Positions 23,640 to 35,542 of a stretch of 64,000 nucleotides of DNA are shown here, in pieces. The notes under the pieces were generated by a model, which did no database searches, was not told the origin of the DNA, and worked only from the letters and a program-made list of their open reading frames with translations. The stretch is from Rhynchobatus australiae (lineage: Eukaryota), in NCBI GenBank assembly GCA_034780895.1, contig JAUZTB010000017.1, forward strand, positions 31,071,345 to 31,135,344. Reading direction: 5' to 3'. Within the stretch, counting starts at the first letter, position 1, and each line of letters begins with the position of its first letter. Made by a program: the position numbers and the translations under genes.

Positions 23640-25445
23640 CCATCTGAAATGCATCCTTGGCATACCAATAGTTTTCTCAGTGAGACCGATGACCGTGAGG
23701 CTGATTGCACTCCTGGCCTTCATTGGTCATGTTCCTTGTGGGTGTCATCCCCCATGTTTTCACCCAGTATCCACTATGTCTGAACTGCCAGCCAATAAGT
23801 TTTGGAGGTATGAAGAGATCAAGTTAGCATGCCAAAGGGTGAAAGCATTATAGCAACTCTCAAGAAATATTTTTGTTGGGTTGGATAATCATGTTCCTTT
23901 AGTACATGGATAGTTGATGTGATTCACCTTCCTGATAAACTAACCATTGGTCATCTGCCTTTTCTACAGATGTGTGACCGACTGAGAGATCCTGTAGGTA
24001 TATCAGGAGATCCCTGGAAGANNNNNNNNNNNNNNNNNNNNNNNNNNNNNNNNNNNNNNNNNNNNNNNNNNNNNNNNNNNNNNNNNNNNNNNNNNNNNNN
24101 NNNNNNNNNNNNNNNNNNNNNGATGAAACCTGGCCACTATGTCCAGCAGGCCAGAGAGCTTGTTCTTGCATGCATCAAGTATCTCCGATCTTCAACTTGC
24201 GTCCATAGACAACGCTGTTCAAAGGGCGATTATCCTTGACCTGTACACCTTGTATAGTGGGTATGGTTGCTGCTCTACTGCTGTTCTTGTTATTAACCGT
24301 GAAGGCTCCTGTTTCCAGGTACCACCACTAAAGTCTGCAGAAGTGCAAAGATAAAGTTCTAGAACAGTGAAGGAGATTGAGGTGTCAGATTTAATTGATG
24401 GATGTGGCTGCTTCTGGTACCGCTCAAAACACAGGGTTCGGGATAAATTAATAACGCAGTCATTAGTTGGGTGTGTGTCTACAATGACGTGCATGGACAA
24501 CTTTAATTAGTCATTTGTGCGGCATAGAGTCACACCCTGCTTCCCTGGTGCAGAAATGATCCGTGGCTGTACTCCTTCAGCCAGAAGCCAAATCCAGTGA
24601 CCTTTGTTTTTGTTTAGTCTTGGATAAAGTATGGTTTTATTTTAAGTTGCCGCTGCACCCTTGAGTGAGTTATTGTAGACTGGTTCAGGTCTGCTGTGGT
24701 GAAGTGCTGGGGATGGACTCGGGTGAGAGGAAACTCTGTGAACAGCTCTTTAACTGGGCTGGCACGATGAGCTGTCAGTTGGTTGTACTAACACTGTACT
24801 CTGCACAGGATGAAGTGATGGTGATTAATACCAGCATGAACAAGTTAACCTATCAGTTTTGGGGGCTTCAACCATTGCTCATGTAAGCTGATCCTAATGG
24901 ATAACCAGGAGGTTCAGGTGGCTGCTGTCTGCTCATGTTGAAGAGCAACACTCTGTTGAACTAACTAGTGAAAGTGCAACTGATGCGTATAGTAGTAACA
25001 AGTTTACACTCCCAATCTCCCCCTGCACTTGTCCCTCGTTCAATATTGTGGAGGTGGTAGGCTGCTCTAAGATGGTACCTGGAGATTTCCCTGCCCCAGT
25101 TCTTTTTAAAACAAAAAGCTCGAAGAAACAAACACCAAGTTGATGTTTAGTAAATGAGCTGCTGGTGTAGAAGCACAATGTCGTCGACTTTATGGGGCCA
25201 GGCTGGAATCGCCACTTTGGGAGGCAGGTTCTACCGAGACTGGGGCTTCATACAGGTGTCACCAATGTCAAGGCTGGGCTGCCAGAGCAAGCTACTGCTT
25301 AAGTGAAGCATTTGGGGTTTGCTCGGGGAAGAGCTGTTGTGTAAACGTTTATCTGCACATCTCCCCCCGATGGGCCATCGTCCAGAGCTGGGAAGTCACT
25401 ATCAAAGGTGTGCGCCAGTTTGGGTTAACACGTTGATGAGTATTA
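23640..25445 (-). other. Unclassified CpG-retaining island with decayed coding-like frames (possible DNA transposon or endogenous viral remnant)
   Basis: Lies between a CR1 end (23585) and a Penelope fragment (25450); visibly richer in CG than the flanks; long minus-strand frames broken by isolated stops; no match to repeat families I recognise. Confidence 0.4.
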
Positions 25446-25449
25446 GATA

Positions 25450-25770
25450 GACACGCAAGAAATTCTGCAGCTGCTGGATGTATCTGGAGCAATACACAAA
25501 AAGTGCTGGAGGAACTCAGTAGGTCAAGCCGCATCCATGGAAGGAAATAAAGTCGACATTTCAGGAGGGGAGGGGGAGGATCACACGCAGGCAGGCGATA
25601 GGTGAGTTGAGGTGAGGAGGGAAGGTAGGTGGGAGGGGGAGAAGATGTAATAAACTAAGTGATAGGTAGAAGAGGCCGAGGGCTAAAGGAGGAATCCGGT
25701 AGGAGAGGGCAGTGGACTATGGAATAAAGGATGGGGAAGGAGAGGAGATGGGCAGGTCATTAAGGCAGAT
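25450..25770 (-). mobile_element. Penelope-like element terminal fragment
   Basis: AAAGTGCTGGAGGAACTCAGTAGGTCAAGCCGCATCCATGGAAGGAAATAAAGTCGACATTTC is the reverse complement of the 60730-60805 segment type, followed by the purine-rich body. Confidence 0.8.
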
Positions 25771-27169
25771 ATTTAACGATGATAACAATGAAAGGGTCAT
25801 TTATTTGAATGGCTTCACCTTTGACCCTTGTTAAAATTGTGGTTCCTTACTTTTTGTATTCCTTATTGGCAACCAGGTGATTGATACCCAGGAACGTGGT
25901 TTCTATGGTTTGAATGTGTTTCTTGAAGGATCTCTTGCAGCAGGACAATGTCCATGTTAGTGTTGCAGAATTTCTTTGGAAATAAGTCATATTTCTCTAT
26001 GAATAAGCCTTCGCTAAAGTAATCTACTCTTGTCACTGATACTTTTTTTTAATCTTTATGAATGTGGTTCTAACTTGTTCTTTCAGCCAGAAGGTCTCCA
26101 CCTTGGGAGTGTTAATCAACAGGTTTATCAGGTCAAGCAGGCAGAGTGCATGATGGATGCTACCACCCACCCAGACTGCAAACTGATCTGCAAAGTTCAT
26201 TTCCACTAAAAGTTTTTTCAAAGTTATTTAAATAATGTTCTGGCACAACTTCTGTGAAGAAAACTTAAGAAGAAGACATCTTTTTAAGGCTGCAATATTT
26301 CTACACAGATTTTCCTGTCAGCTCTTCAGTGCCTGGCCTGTACTCTTATGTTGATCTCACTGACATTTTAGGGAACGCAGGAAATTTGCATGTACTTGTT
26401 TTTAAAGCATCACACTCTTTTTATCTTGCTCTTAATGAGCTGTCATCATATTGAAATTGGTAACCCATCACTCCTTGAGGAATTTCCTACAGGCAGGCTG
26501 ATGTGTTGAGATTAAATGTGGAAGTCAAAGAATTGGTGTCACCCTCCCAACTCTATCCCATCATGCAAGTTAAAATTTCCTCTGAAGGACAAGAAGGTCT
26601 CGCCCACTAGATTTACTTTGTATTGAAGAATTTAATTCATCACCACCAAACAAAATGCAGAAGAAAAATGCTCAGTCTAATCCAGCAGAGTTCTCCATCT
26701 TCATATTATGTGGAATTTTTATCCAAGTACGATGGAAAAAAATCAGAAATGCACATAGCAAATGGGTAGCAAGAGTAGATCTTGTAGGTGCGGAAAATAA
26801 GGAAGAACATCACCTGTTCGCGAGTCATGTGATGTACCGTTGAATAAACAGCTAAGCTTTTTTGTTTTTAAAGTAAACACTGTGCTCAGATTTTCTGCTT
26901 CTGTGAGATGCCAGTAGGAATTTGGCACCAGTATAGTTCTAGGCAAGCAGAATGATTCAACACACTGCTAAGCGTTGTGCTTCAGTAACAAATAACAGGG
27001 AATTGTCAGGGTAAGTGCAGAAAATGAGCCTAAAAATGGGCTGGGCAGGTCATTTCTTTATGTTCCTGTTGTACTGATCAAACTTGTTTTACAGTGGGAC
27101 AATTAGCAAGAGCAAGGTAGCGGAGAATAGGTTGATACAGAAACAAAAGGCATAATCAAACAGTTTTTC

Positions 27170-27410
27170 AAGAGACTTTTCCAAAGAAGACCTGAACAGG
27201 AAGGTCCAGAGCATGAACATGGCTGAGTGCAAGTGGCTATTTGGAGAGAGTGAAGGGGTAAAAGGTTCAGTGTAAGAAGAATAAAGTATCAATGCAAGGA
27301 TGTATGCAAGGAAGGATTCATTAATGAAATATGAGTTGATTGCACAGGATATTGAAACAAAAACAAGAATTATGAAATTGATTAATGATGTGATGAAGAT
27401 GTGGATAAGA
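27170..27410 (+). pseudogene. Myb/SANT-like DNA-binding domain remnant (Harbinger partner-gene type)
   Basis: FSKEDLNRKVQSMNMAECKWLFGE...KYELIAQDIE resembles FS.E.L..LV..V......LFG...W..IA..V of MSANTD/Myb_DNA-bind_5 proteins; decayed. Confidence 0.45.
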
Positions 27411-27459
27411 CATTTGTCAGCAGTTGGAAAAGCAGTCATGAGTAAATGAAGTTGCTAAG

Positions 27460-27560
27460 ATAAGCGGAAATAAAATGGGATTGGTATGAGTGGGTGTTTG
27501 ATGGTTGGCACAGACTTGATGGGCCTAAGGCCTTGTTTCCATACTGTATAACTCTATAAC
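27460..27560 (+). mobile_element. CR1 3' tail
   Basis: AAATGGGATTGG...GGTTGGCACAGACTTGATGGGCCTAAGGCCTTGTTTCCATACTGTATAACTCTATAAC. Confidence 0.75.
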
Positions 27561-27784
27561 ATCAGCTCTAACATTGCCACGAGGGCTCCTCAAATCCTAA
27601 CTGCTATCGAGGAAAATAAATATGTAAAATCAAGGTGAAATGATGTAACACAGTTAAGAATATTGCTCTGACCATTGCTAAAAAGAAATATTAATAAATA
27701 TAATTGTATGTTTACCAAATGAATGTTTGGAAATTGCGTGCAAGAGATCGCCACCTGATTTCAGTTACATACAACATACGCATA

Positions 27785-28035
27785 CAAGATACAACAGAAG
27801 CAGACCATTTAGCTCAACTGGTTTGTGCTTCATCTTATGTTTCAAAGAGAATCCTTCCACAATTCTTTGTCAAACTCTATCTGCATATCCTTCAGTGCCT
27901 TTCTTCCTTCATACCCTTATCTAGCTTCCCCTTTCAGTCATCTCAAACCACGTCATATGGTAATTAATTCCATATTCTTAACACTCTGGGTAAATGAGTT
28001 TCTGCTTAATTTCATATTAGATGTTATTGTAACTA
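27785..28035 (-). mobile_element. Old CR1 3' fragment
   Basis: ACAACAGAAGCAGACCATTTAGCTCA...ATTCCATATTCTTAACACTCTGGGTAAATGAGTTTCT is the reverse of a CR1 3' end. Confidence 0.55.
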
Positions 28036-30427
28036 ATTTGTGTTTCTAACTCCAGACAAATCCAGAACAGCTAAAGGTGGGGATCTTCATAATTTCTATT
28101 TCCTAATATCCCAGTCGGAACCCTTATTCTAGTCAAGCAATGCCTTACAACTTCAAACTAAAAGAAGAATGTCCCCATTACGTGAATTAACATTTATATC
28201 ATTTTCACAAAAGCCTAACCGTGATACCTTAAAATTGGATTGTCAGGATAATAGTCGTTAATACCAAAGTAAGAGCAGTTTTCTACTTTGGGCATATAAT
28301 CATTTATATTTTACTGTATCTGACATACCTGATGATATAATGACATAACTGATCAAATGTTCATTGTGAATGTGATTTTGTGGAATCTGGCGTACAGGTT
28401 TTACACAACATATAGAAAGGAAACCAAGTGCTTGTCCACTTCTCCCAACATTGCGACTTGAACATGCCTAAAACCAGGTAACACATAAAACAATCATAGA
28501 GAAAAGATGTTGCATCCTAAACTTCAGGACTGTTTTCGAATCTAGAGGCAAAGAACAGTGTTTTAATTCATAGCATTTCTTAGTATATCACCCTGGTTAA
28601 TTGGACATTGAAATTAAATGTATAATTGGGAGTTGTTGGTGGCTTGATCTCAGTGCTAATTATTTTATTTACCTCAGTTCAATTAAGGCAGTTTGTTAAC
28701 TCATTCTTGCTACAGTAAGAAAAGCTTGTTCGAATTTTCAGTAAAGGCTTTGGTTTTATAATTAATGAGTCATTTGTGGTGGTCTTCTTGAAAGCTGTTA
28801 GTTCAATGTGTGATTAAGATGATGGCATGTTTTGTGAGAGTTAATGGCATTTTCTCCCCACTATGACTGCAACGCTAATTGAGAATGTACAGAGAGTAAT
28901 AATGAAAATAGCTATCAAAAATGCAAAGAACAGGTGGCACTGAACACTTCCTTCTGCAAGACTCAGGATTTTCATGCATGGAGCAATTGCTGAATCTTTT
29001 TTGCAAATGATTAAATACCAATCACCTTTACTCAAAGCAATTTTTTTTCCTCATTTTAAGGTGCATTCTTGCACTGATCAAGATGCAAGTTTTGGATGAT
29101 GGGATCTCTTTCCAATTATCAGATGAGCATCACAATGGACAGGCTGGAAGCAGTGTGAATCTGCATTTCCCCTGTCACACTCACATCCAATAAAAAAAAA
29201 CCTTCAATGGGATGAGGGATCTCCACACCAGGCTCCATCATGGATCTGTGAAATGGCATGGGAATGGATAGTTAATGAGTTGATAATTCCTACTTTTTTA
29301 AAAATTTGGATTCTGTACATTTGTAACTGCGGAGAATTTTATTCCAAAACCTGTTGGATTAAAACTAATTTCAGAATGAAAGGGCGTACTCTAATTTATT
29401 TCGCCATCCTTCTCAGCACAGTTTGTTAACCTGCTCTACAACTTGCTTGCCCCCATTGAATATTCTTCAGATGGGAAATGCATAAGATATAGGGATAAGC
29501 AGCAAAGAAATCATATCTGATGGTATGAACAGCACAATCGAGATATGCCAAAATAGTACCTCATTCTTGTTTAGTACTAGTTTGAATCTGTCATGATCAT
29601 ATAATTTTCCAGAGGGATTTCAAAAACAAAACAGTGAAATAATTAAATTTAACAGTATGGCTTCTTCTGGAATCATGTACCCATGGTTATATTGGCAGTT
29701 CATATATTTGAGCCTTTTACATGATTGCATTAACAAGAACATGCTCTCTCCTAGCAATACTTTTCTTAATCTCTTAGCCAAACTTCCAACTCAAATCAAA
29801 TGTAGTATTTGGCACTGAAAAAAATACTTTCTATAAACAAATTGCTAAGATTTTTGCTTTCAGCCTTTGGATATAATTCAAAAATGTTGCCCTGCAGAGT
29901 TGCCCAGAGAAGTAAAAGGGCAAGGGTTTAGATTGTTCATTCTTGACCCTTAAGAATCTCATTGAAAAATTGGAAGAGTCTTGGTCACTTTGCACTATAG
30001 TGAGAGAGTAAAACTTCAGTACTTTGTGGAAACTGGTGGAGATCTATTTAAAAGTTTCTATTATGAAATCTTCACTGTACCCCAGTGTTAATGACCTGTG
30101 CATCTTGTATCTTATGTTCCAAAGTTTTAAAAATGTGAGATGGAAAAGCTCTGAGGAAAATGTAACAAAAGGAGTACTAAATAGTTGAAAGGATTGTATG
30201 CTATTGTTATGGCATGCAACAAAAAATTGCATTTTTTATTAGATCTGTAGGGTGGTTATGTCAGAGTAACAGAGAAACACTTTTACTGAAGTCTTTTCAT
30301 ACCTTTTAGCCTTTATTAAAAAACAATCATCAGTAATTGTCTGTTTTTCAGTGCCTTCAGTTTTATTTAACAATCAAACTTTCCATTAAGCTTCTGCAGC
30401 GATCCATTGATGCAATTTATTTTGCAG

Positions 30428-30713
30428 ATTCACTGTACACTGAGAGGACCAGGGGCAGTAGAATCACACGATTACCTTCTGCATCCTTCGAAAAAGATCT
30501 TGGCTTCAACGGTTGTCAACAGAAGCCCGGGAGGTGGAACTTACCTCAAACTATGTGCAGATGGTTCCGTGCCTAAGATACGTGCCACTTTGTACAGGAC
30601 CACTGTTTCTGACCACATTGCTGGCGCTCTGCTAGAAGCAACTGCAGTCACTGGGACAAGGAACACACTTCTGAGTCCTTCGGGGATACCCACAGGCAGA
30701 GCAATGCTCAAAG
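30428..30713 (+). CDS. Internal coding exon (286 nt, phase 0 to 1) of an unidentified large host gene
   Basis: Acceptor ATTTATTTTGCAG| and donor AAG|GTAAAT; a single fully open frame IHCTLRGPGAVESHDYLLHPSKKILASTVVNRSPGGGTYLKLCADGSVPKIRATLYRTTVSDHIAGALLEATAVTGTRNTLLSPSGIPTGRAMLK; GC and CpG are higher than in the AT-rich flanks; not repeat-like. Confidence 0.75.
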
Positions 30714-31852
30714 GTAAATGTCATAAATATCTTGTGTCCTTGATGCTAATTAAGACTATTAAGATTATAAATGCATCATGTTGGGTTTAACTAACAATGG
30801 TTAGGAAATGCTTTGCATAATATGCCACGTTTACTGAAATTTTAATTTCTGCTTTTCAATGCATTTGGGAATTAAATGAATTCTTTCTTGCTCCTCATAA
30901 TGAGATTTAAAAAAAATTAAATCCTGGGTTAAACTTTCTAGTAGAATGAGACTTTGTCTGCAAATTCAACTACTTCATTCTGGAGAATGATGTTACTCCA
31001 TATTGCTGTGACTGGCTGTTTAGATTTTCCTTTCTGCCATCACTGAATTGCTGCAAAGTGCATTCAACCCACAGTTTTGTCAAAGTTGTTGATGTTTCTG
31101 GTGTGTGTTGAGAATTATGCTCAGTGTGCTGCACAAATAGAACTAAGACGTGTTCAATTCTGTTGGTGAATTAACAGATGGAATTCATTCTGACATATTC
31201 CTATTTTGTGTAGGAAGTTCCTGTTATATTATGGAAGTGTTGACATTTTTCATATTTTTGAAAACACTGAGAGCAAAACAGTCCAGAGAGGTTGAAGGTT
31301 GAAATTTTCTGTGTTGTGAAGTAATAAATTGGAATATTGAGGTATCATAAGGGGCGCTTGGTGTCTGTGGGAGAATTATTGGGACAATCTTCGTATCAAA
31401 ATAAAACCTGAAAAGAGGTGTTGCCTGGCAGCTTACTACCTGCTGCAAACCCCTGATGGTGGTTTAGACTGAATTCTTCCTACTTCAAAAGGAGAAGCTA
31501 GTCATGTGACATTTGTGGTTTTATGCCAAAAAGAAGGTAAAGTAGTTAGTTCAATAGCCTGTACTAATATCTTATCAAGTCCACATTTTCCCCTCTGGAA
31601 CAGGTTGCAACAGAGTAAGGTGTTATCAGCAGGGATTAGCTTCTGTAGAGTACAATAAAATGTTGGCATAGAACCTGTTGAATGAATCCACAAGTTGTAC
31701 TTAGAATTGCAGTGGCAGTGCTTGATTCCTTACTGACACTTCATTTGATTGACTTGAGACTACAGCCACCTGACTTGAAATAAGTGTTTCAAGTCCTAGT
31801 GTTTTCTGTTTTTAACGTGTCCTCTGGTACTGTTGTCAAACTTATCCTACAG

Positions 31853-31941
31853 AGCACCATGGACTTGGAATAATAACATCCGTGAAACAGAAAAATGTAC
31901 ATTCGAGCAGCCTGATGCATCTAGTTTAGTGTCAATAGATG
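31853..31941 (+). CDS. Candidate small exon of host gene
   Basis: Acceptor CTTATCCTACAG| and donor ATG|GTAAGA; one frame is fully open (APWTWNNNIRETEKCTFEQPDASSLVSID); a direct phase-1 join from 30713 instead gives EHHGLGIITSVKQKNVHSSSLMHLV*. Confidence 0.4.
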
Positions 31942-34169
31942 GTAAGATGTAAATGATTAAGCTACCTTCCCAAAAAGTAAATTGTAGCTTAATGAGGAAA
32001 GGGCTAAGATTTCATACCCAAAGTGTATTCTGGCAACATTGCTTGGGAAGAATATTTTGGTAGGTACTTGATTACACTGAGTTTTGGGGCACTGATACCA
32101 ATTTTGCTAAGTTCCAGTCAAAATCCCAGTAAAGTGATTCTTGAGTCTGCTCTTAACATATGGCCTCAATTTTTTTTAGAAAAAGGGCAAGTATGACAAG
32201 CCAATGTCACCAGTAGAGCTTCTCCTGATTTGTGAAGCCACATTAAGGCAAATTAGTGTGCCTGATAAGTGTTGTCCTTTTTAAATGCTGGATACAATAA
32301 TTAAGCATGGATGATCGACAGCAGTGGGAAAAGCGGGACATTTGAAGGCATAGCACTTCCATGAGGGATTTTGCTTGCACACCTGGGCAACTTGCATTGT
32401 GTATAGATGGCCCATCAGCAGGGTGAGGTAGACTCCCCCTATAATGCTGAACAGGGTTGGTAGTTATTCTGTATACATTTAATTTAACTACTTTAGAATA
32501 AGTAATTTTTCATGTTATATTTAAATTAAGCATGTTATTTTTAAATTTTCCCACCATTGTCCAAAAACTACCACGAATATTGAATAACAGATTATATTCA
32601 TATAATACCTTTGGCATACCAAGAAGTCTTTATGCTTAGATTTGCAGAAAGGATGGGACCATAAGTAATTTGAACTGTAAACGCAATACAGTATGTAGTC
32701 CAAATGGCAATCTTGTTATTTGACTTCAGAAGACAGGATGTCATGTGGTGTTTTAGTTTTTAAGTGTTTTAAAATGCATGAACAAATTCATCATTTTTTT
32801 TTACAGAAAGATTTTTGGGATAAATTCAATTTCTGTTTAAAGATCATATTTTAAACTCCCCAGAGCCTCTGTCAAAACAAATGTTGTGGCAATTATGAAT
32901 GGGAAATCTACCCAGAATCTGCTGTTTCCATTCATGCTGCAGTATTAAAGTATCTAAGAATTACCACTTCAGTGCTCTGAAGCAGTAATTCTTTGGTCCC
33001 ACGCTCCCAGGAAAGAAAACACTCTCAGAGAGAACGTGGATCAGAGAATCATCTGGAATCTGCAGCTAATGTTCCTTGCAAGTGGCTCTGTGGCTGCAAA
33101 TTGGGAATTGCACTTTGAATATCTGTTCCCAGACTGATTCAACTTCATGAATAAAACCAATGCAGTGAGAGATGGTTGAAAGCTGCCAATGTTTGCAAAT
33201 AGCTTGTTTTGTAACATCTAAGAATAGTTCAACAAAATTTGCATCGTTTTTACTCTTTTTTTTCCCATTTCTTACTGCTCCATCAAGAAAATCATGGATA
33301 AAGATCCCAGCATGTTATTCAGTGGAATACAAGAGCTTTCACAGTAAACTAAGTTACACTAAGCCTGGGCTCTTCTGCTCATAAAAGCCAATGGAATTTA
33401 AACTGCATAGCCATGAAACATTGATATGAGTAAAAGAGGATGTTAAAGCAGTGCAGCCTGATGGGTCACAACAATTTTGTGCAAGGGCCCTTGACTCTGA
33501 TAGTCTCTATGTGTAGAAATGGACAAAGGCATTTCCTCAGTGAACCCTGCCATTACAAAGAGTTCAATAAGTGGATCTCACTGAGAAAGAATGGTGGGGT
33601 GTAGATTAAGAGTGGGGAGGGGTATGAGATAATGACTGGGGAAGATAACTGGAGGTGGGGTTTAGAAAGGGGACTTGATTACTATTGTGAGTTATTGTGG
33701 AGGAAGATTGTGGGAGGGGATAGGGTGGCAGGGGGGTGGTATTGGAGGAGGATAGTCTGGATGAGGTGCTGGGGGCAGTCAGGAAGATGGTTGGAGAGGC
33801 TTATGGTGAGTCTCAGGATTTTGGCAGGAGAGACACTGGTGGGAGTCCATCATTGACCATGATAATTTAAAGAAAGAAGTTCTTTTTATGGAAGGTGGAA
33901 ACCTGGACTCCCCAGGGGTGATGGAGGTAAGATTGAGCCCTTTTAGCTAATGTTGATCCAGGCTGCAACATTACACTTAAGATCAACTTCAGTGTTTCAA
34001 ATCCTTGCCATTCTTAGGTCTCAAATGCATGGTGGAATTTAGCACAGATGATGTCGATCGTAAAGTATACATGGATAAATATCCTTGAAATGTGACCAGG
34101 GTCCTTTGTGCATGTACTCTTCATACACACAGAGAACTGATTGTCAATTCAGAAGCTTTTTGATTTGTT

Positions 34170-35540
34170 CATTTTCTGGGCTATGAAGGTCATTGGCAAG
34201 ACCAGCATTCATTGGCCATTCCTAATTGCCCTTGAGAAGGCAGTGGTGAACTTTTGAACAGCTGCAGTCCTTCTGGTGACATTAATCCCACATAATGTTG
34301 TATTGGGGAGGTGGTTCTATGATTTAGATTCACAGACAATGAAACACCTACGACACATTTCCAAATCAAGATGGTATGTGACTTGGAGGTGAACCTACAG
34401 GTAGTAGTGTTCCCATGCACCTGCTGCACTTGTCCTTAATGGAAGAGCTTGCAGCTTTTGAGAGGTGCTGGTTAAGTATCTGGGGTCAGTAATTGTAGTA
34501 CATTTTGTAAATGGGACACCATGCAGCCATCGTGCCCAGGTGGTAGAGGGAATGAATATATTTGGGTGGTTGATGGGGTACTATTCAAGTGGGCTGCTTT
34601 GCCCTGGATGGTGTGGAGTTTCTCGAGTTGTTGGGACTGCACTCACCCAGTCTGTTGGAAGGTTTTCCATCATGCTCCAGACTTGTACCTAGCAGATGGT
34701 GGATAGGCTTTGAGGTGTCAGGAGCTGATTCACTCCCTGCAAGTTTCCCAGCCTCTGACCTCATGTAGCGACTGTATTCGCGTGGCTGGTCCAGTTGAGC
34801 TTTTCCTCAGTGGCGATCCTCAGTTTATTGATGTTGAGTAACTTGGTGATGGTGCTACCATTTAAATATCAAGGATAGGTGATTAGACTCTCTTGTTGGA
34901 GATGATTATTGCCTGATAATTTTGTGAGGCAAATGTTACTTGCTACTTTTCAGGCCATGCCCAGATACAGCAAAACTGAGACAACGTTCAGACATGAACC
35001 GCTTTATTTGGTGACAAGTTCTGAATGGGGAAAACAAATTATGAAATCATCAGTGACGTCCTCATTCCTGACCTGTTGGCTGTTTAATTGCCCACCACCA
35101 TTCATGGCTACATATGGTAGGACTGTAACACATCAATCTACCACAGGTAGATTAGTGAGGATGAGGTCAAGTAGTTTTATCTCTCATGCTGGTTTGTGCA
35201 CCACCTATCACAGACCCAGTCTGGCAGCTATGTCCATCAGAACTTGCCCAGCTCGGTCAGTGGTGGTGCAACTGTTGGAGGTAGGCATTGAAGTTCTTTA
35301 CCCAGGGTATGTTCTGTGCCCTTGCTACTTTCTGTGCTGCTTCCAAGTGTTGTTCAAAATGAAGGAGCCCTGATTCATCAGCTGAGGAAGAGCAGTAGGT
35401 GATAATCAAAAGAGGTTTCCTTGCCTATGTTTGACCTGGTGCCACAAGACTTTGTGGCTTGGAGAAAATGTTGAGGACTCCTACCACTTGTACACCAATG
35501 TGCCATCATCTTTGGTGGGTCTTTCCTGCCAGTGGGACAA
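34170..35540 (-). mobile_element. CR1-group LINE, second family, 3' fragment
   Basis: Begins with GGCAAGACCAGCATTCATTGGCCATTCCTAATTGCCCTTGAGAAGG (reverse 3' tail); shares sequence with 47975-48760 and 60930-61450; more 5' LINE sequence follows after an internal deletion. Confidence 0.75.
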
Positions 35541-35542
35541 GA

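Noticed and set aside
25010-25095. Gypsy RT-like SRYHLRAAYHLHNIERG
   Set aside because: The catalytic Asp is missing and no downstream PFGL or YxDD motifs were found.
25060-25125. P-loop-like FVLKRTGAGKS on the minus strand
   Set aside because: Lacks the first Gly of GxxxxGKS and no Walker B or GTPase motifs follow; likely chance.
27089-27439. Hydrophobic 116-aa minus-strand ORF resembling a membrane protein
   Set aside because: Antisense of an A/G-rich decayed Myb/SANT-like sequence; the hydrophobicity is a compositional artefact.
34909-35373. 154-aa + strand ORF
   Set aside because: Antisense frame inside a minus-strand LINE fragment.
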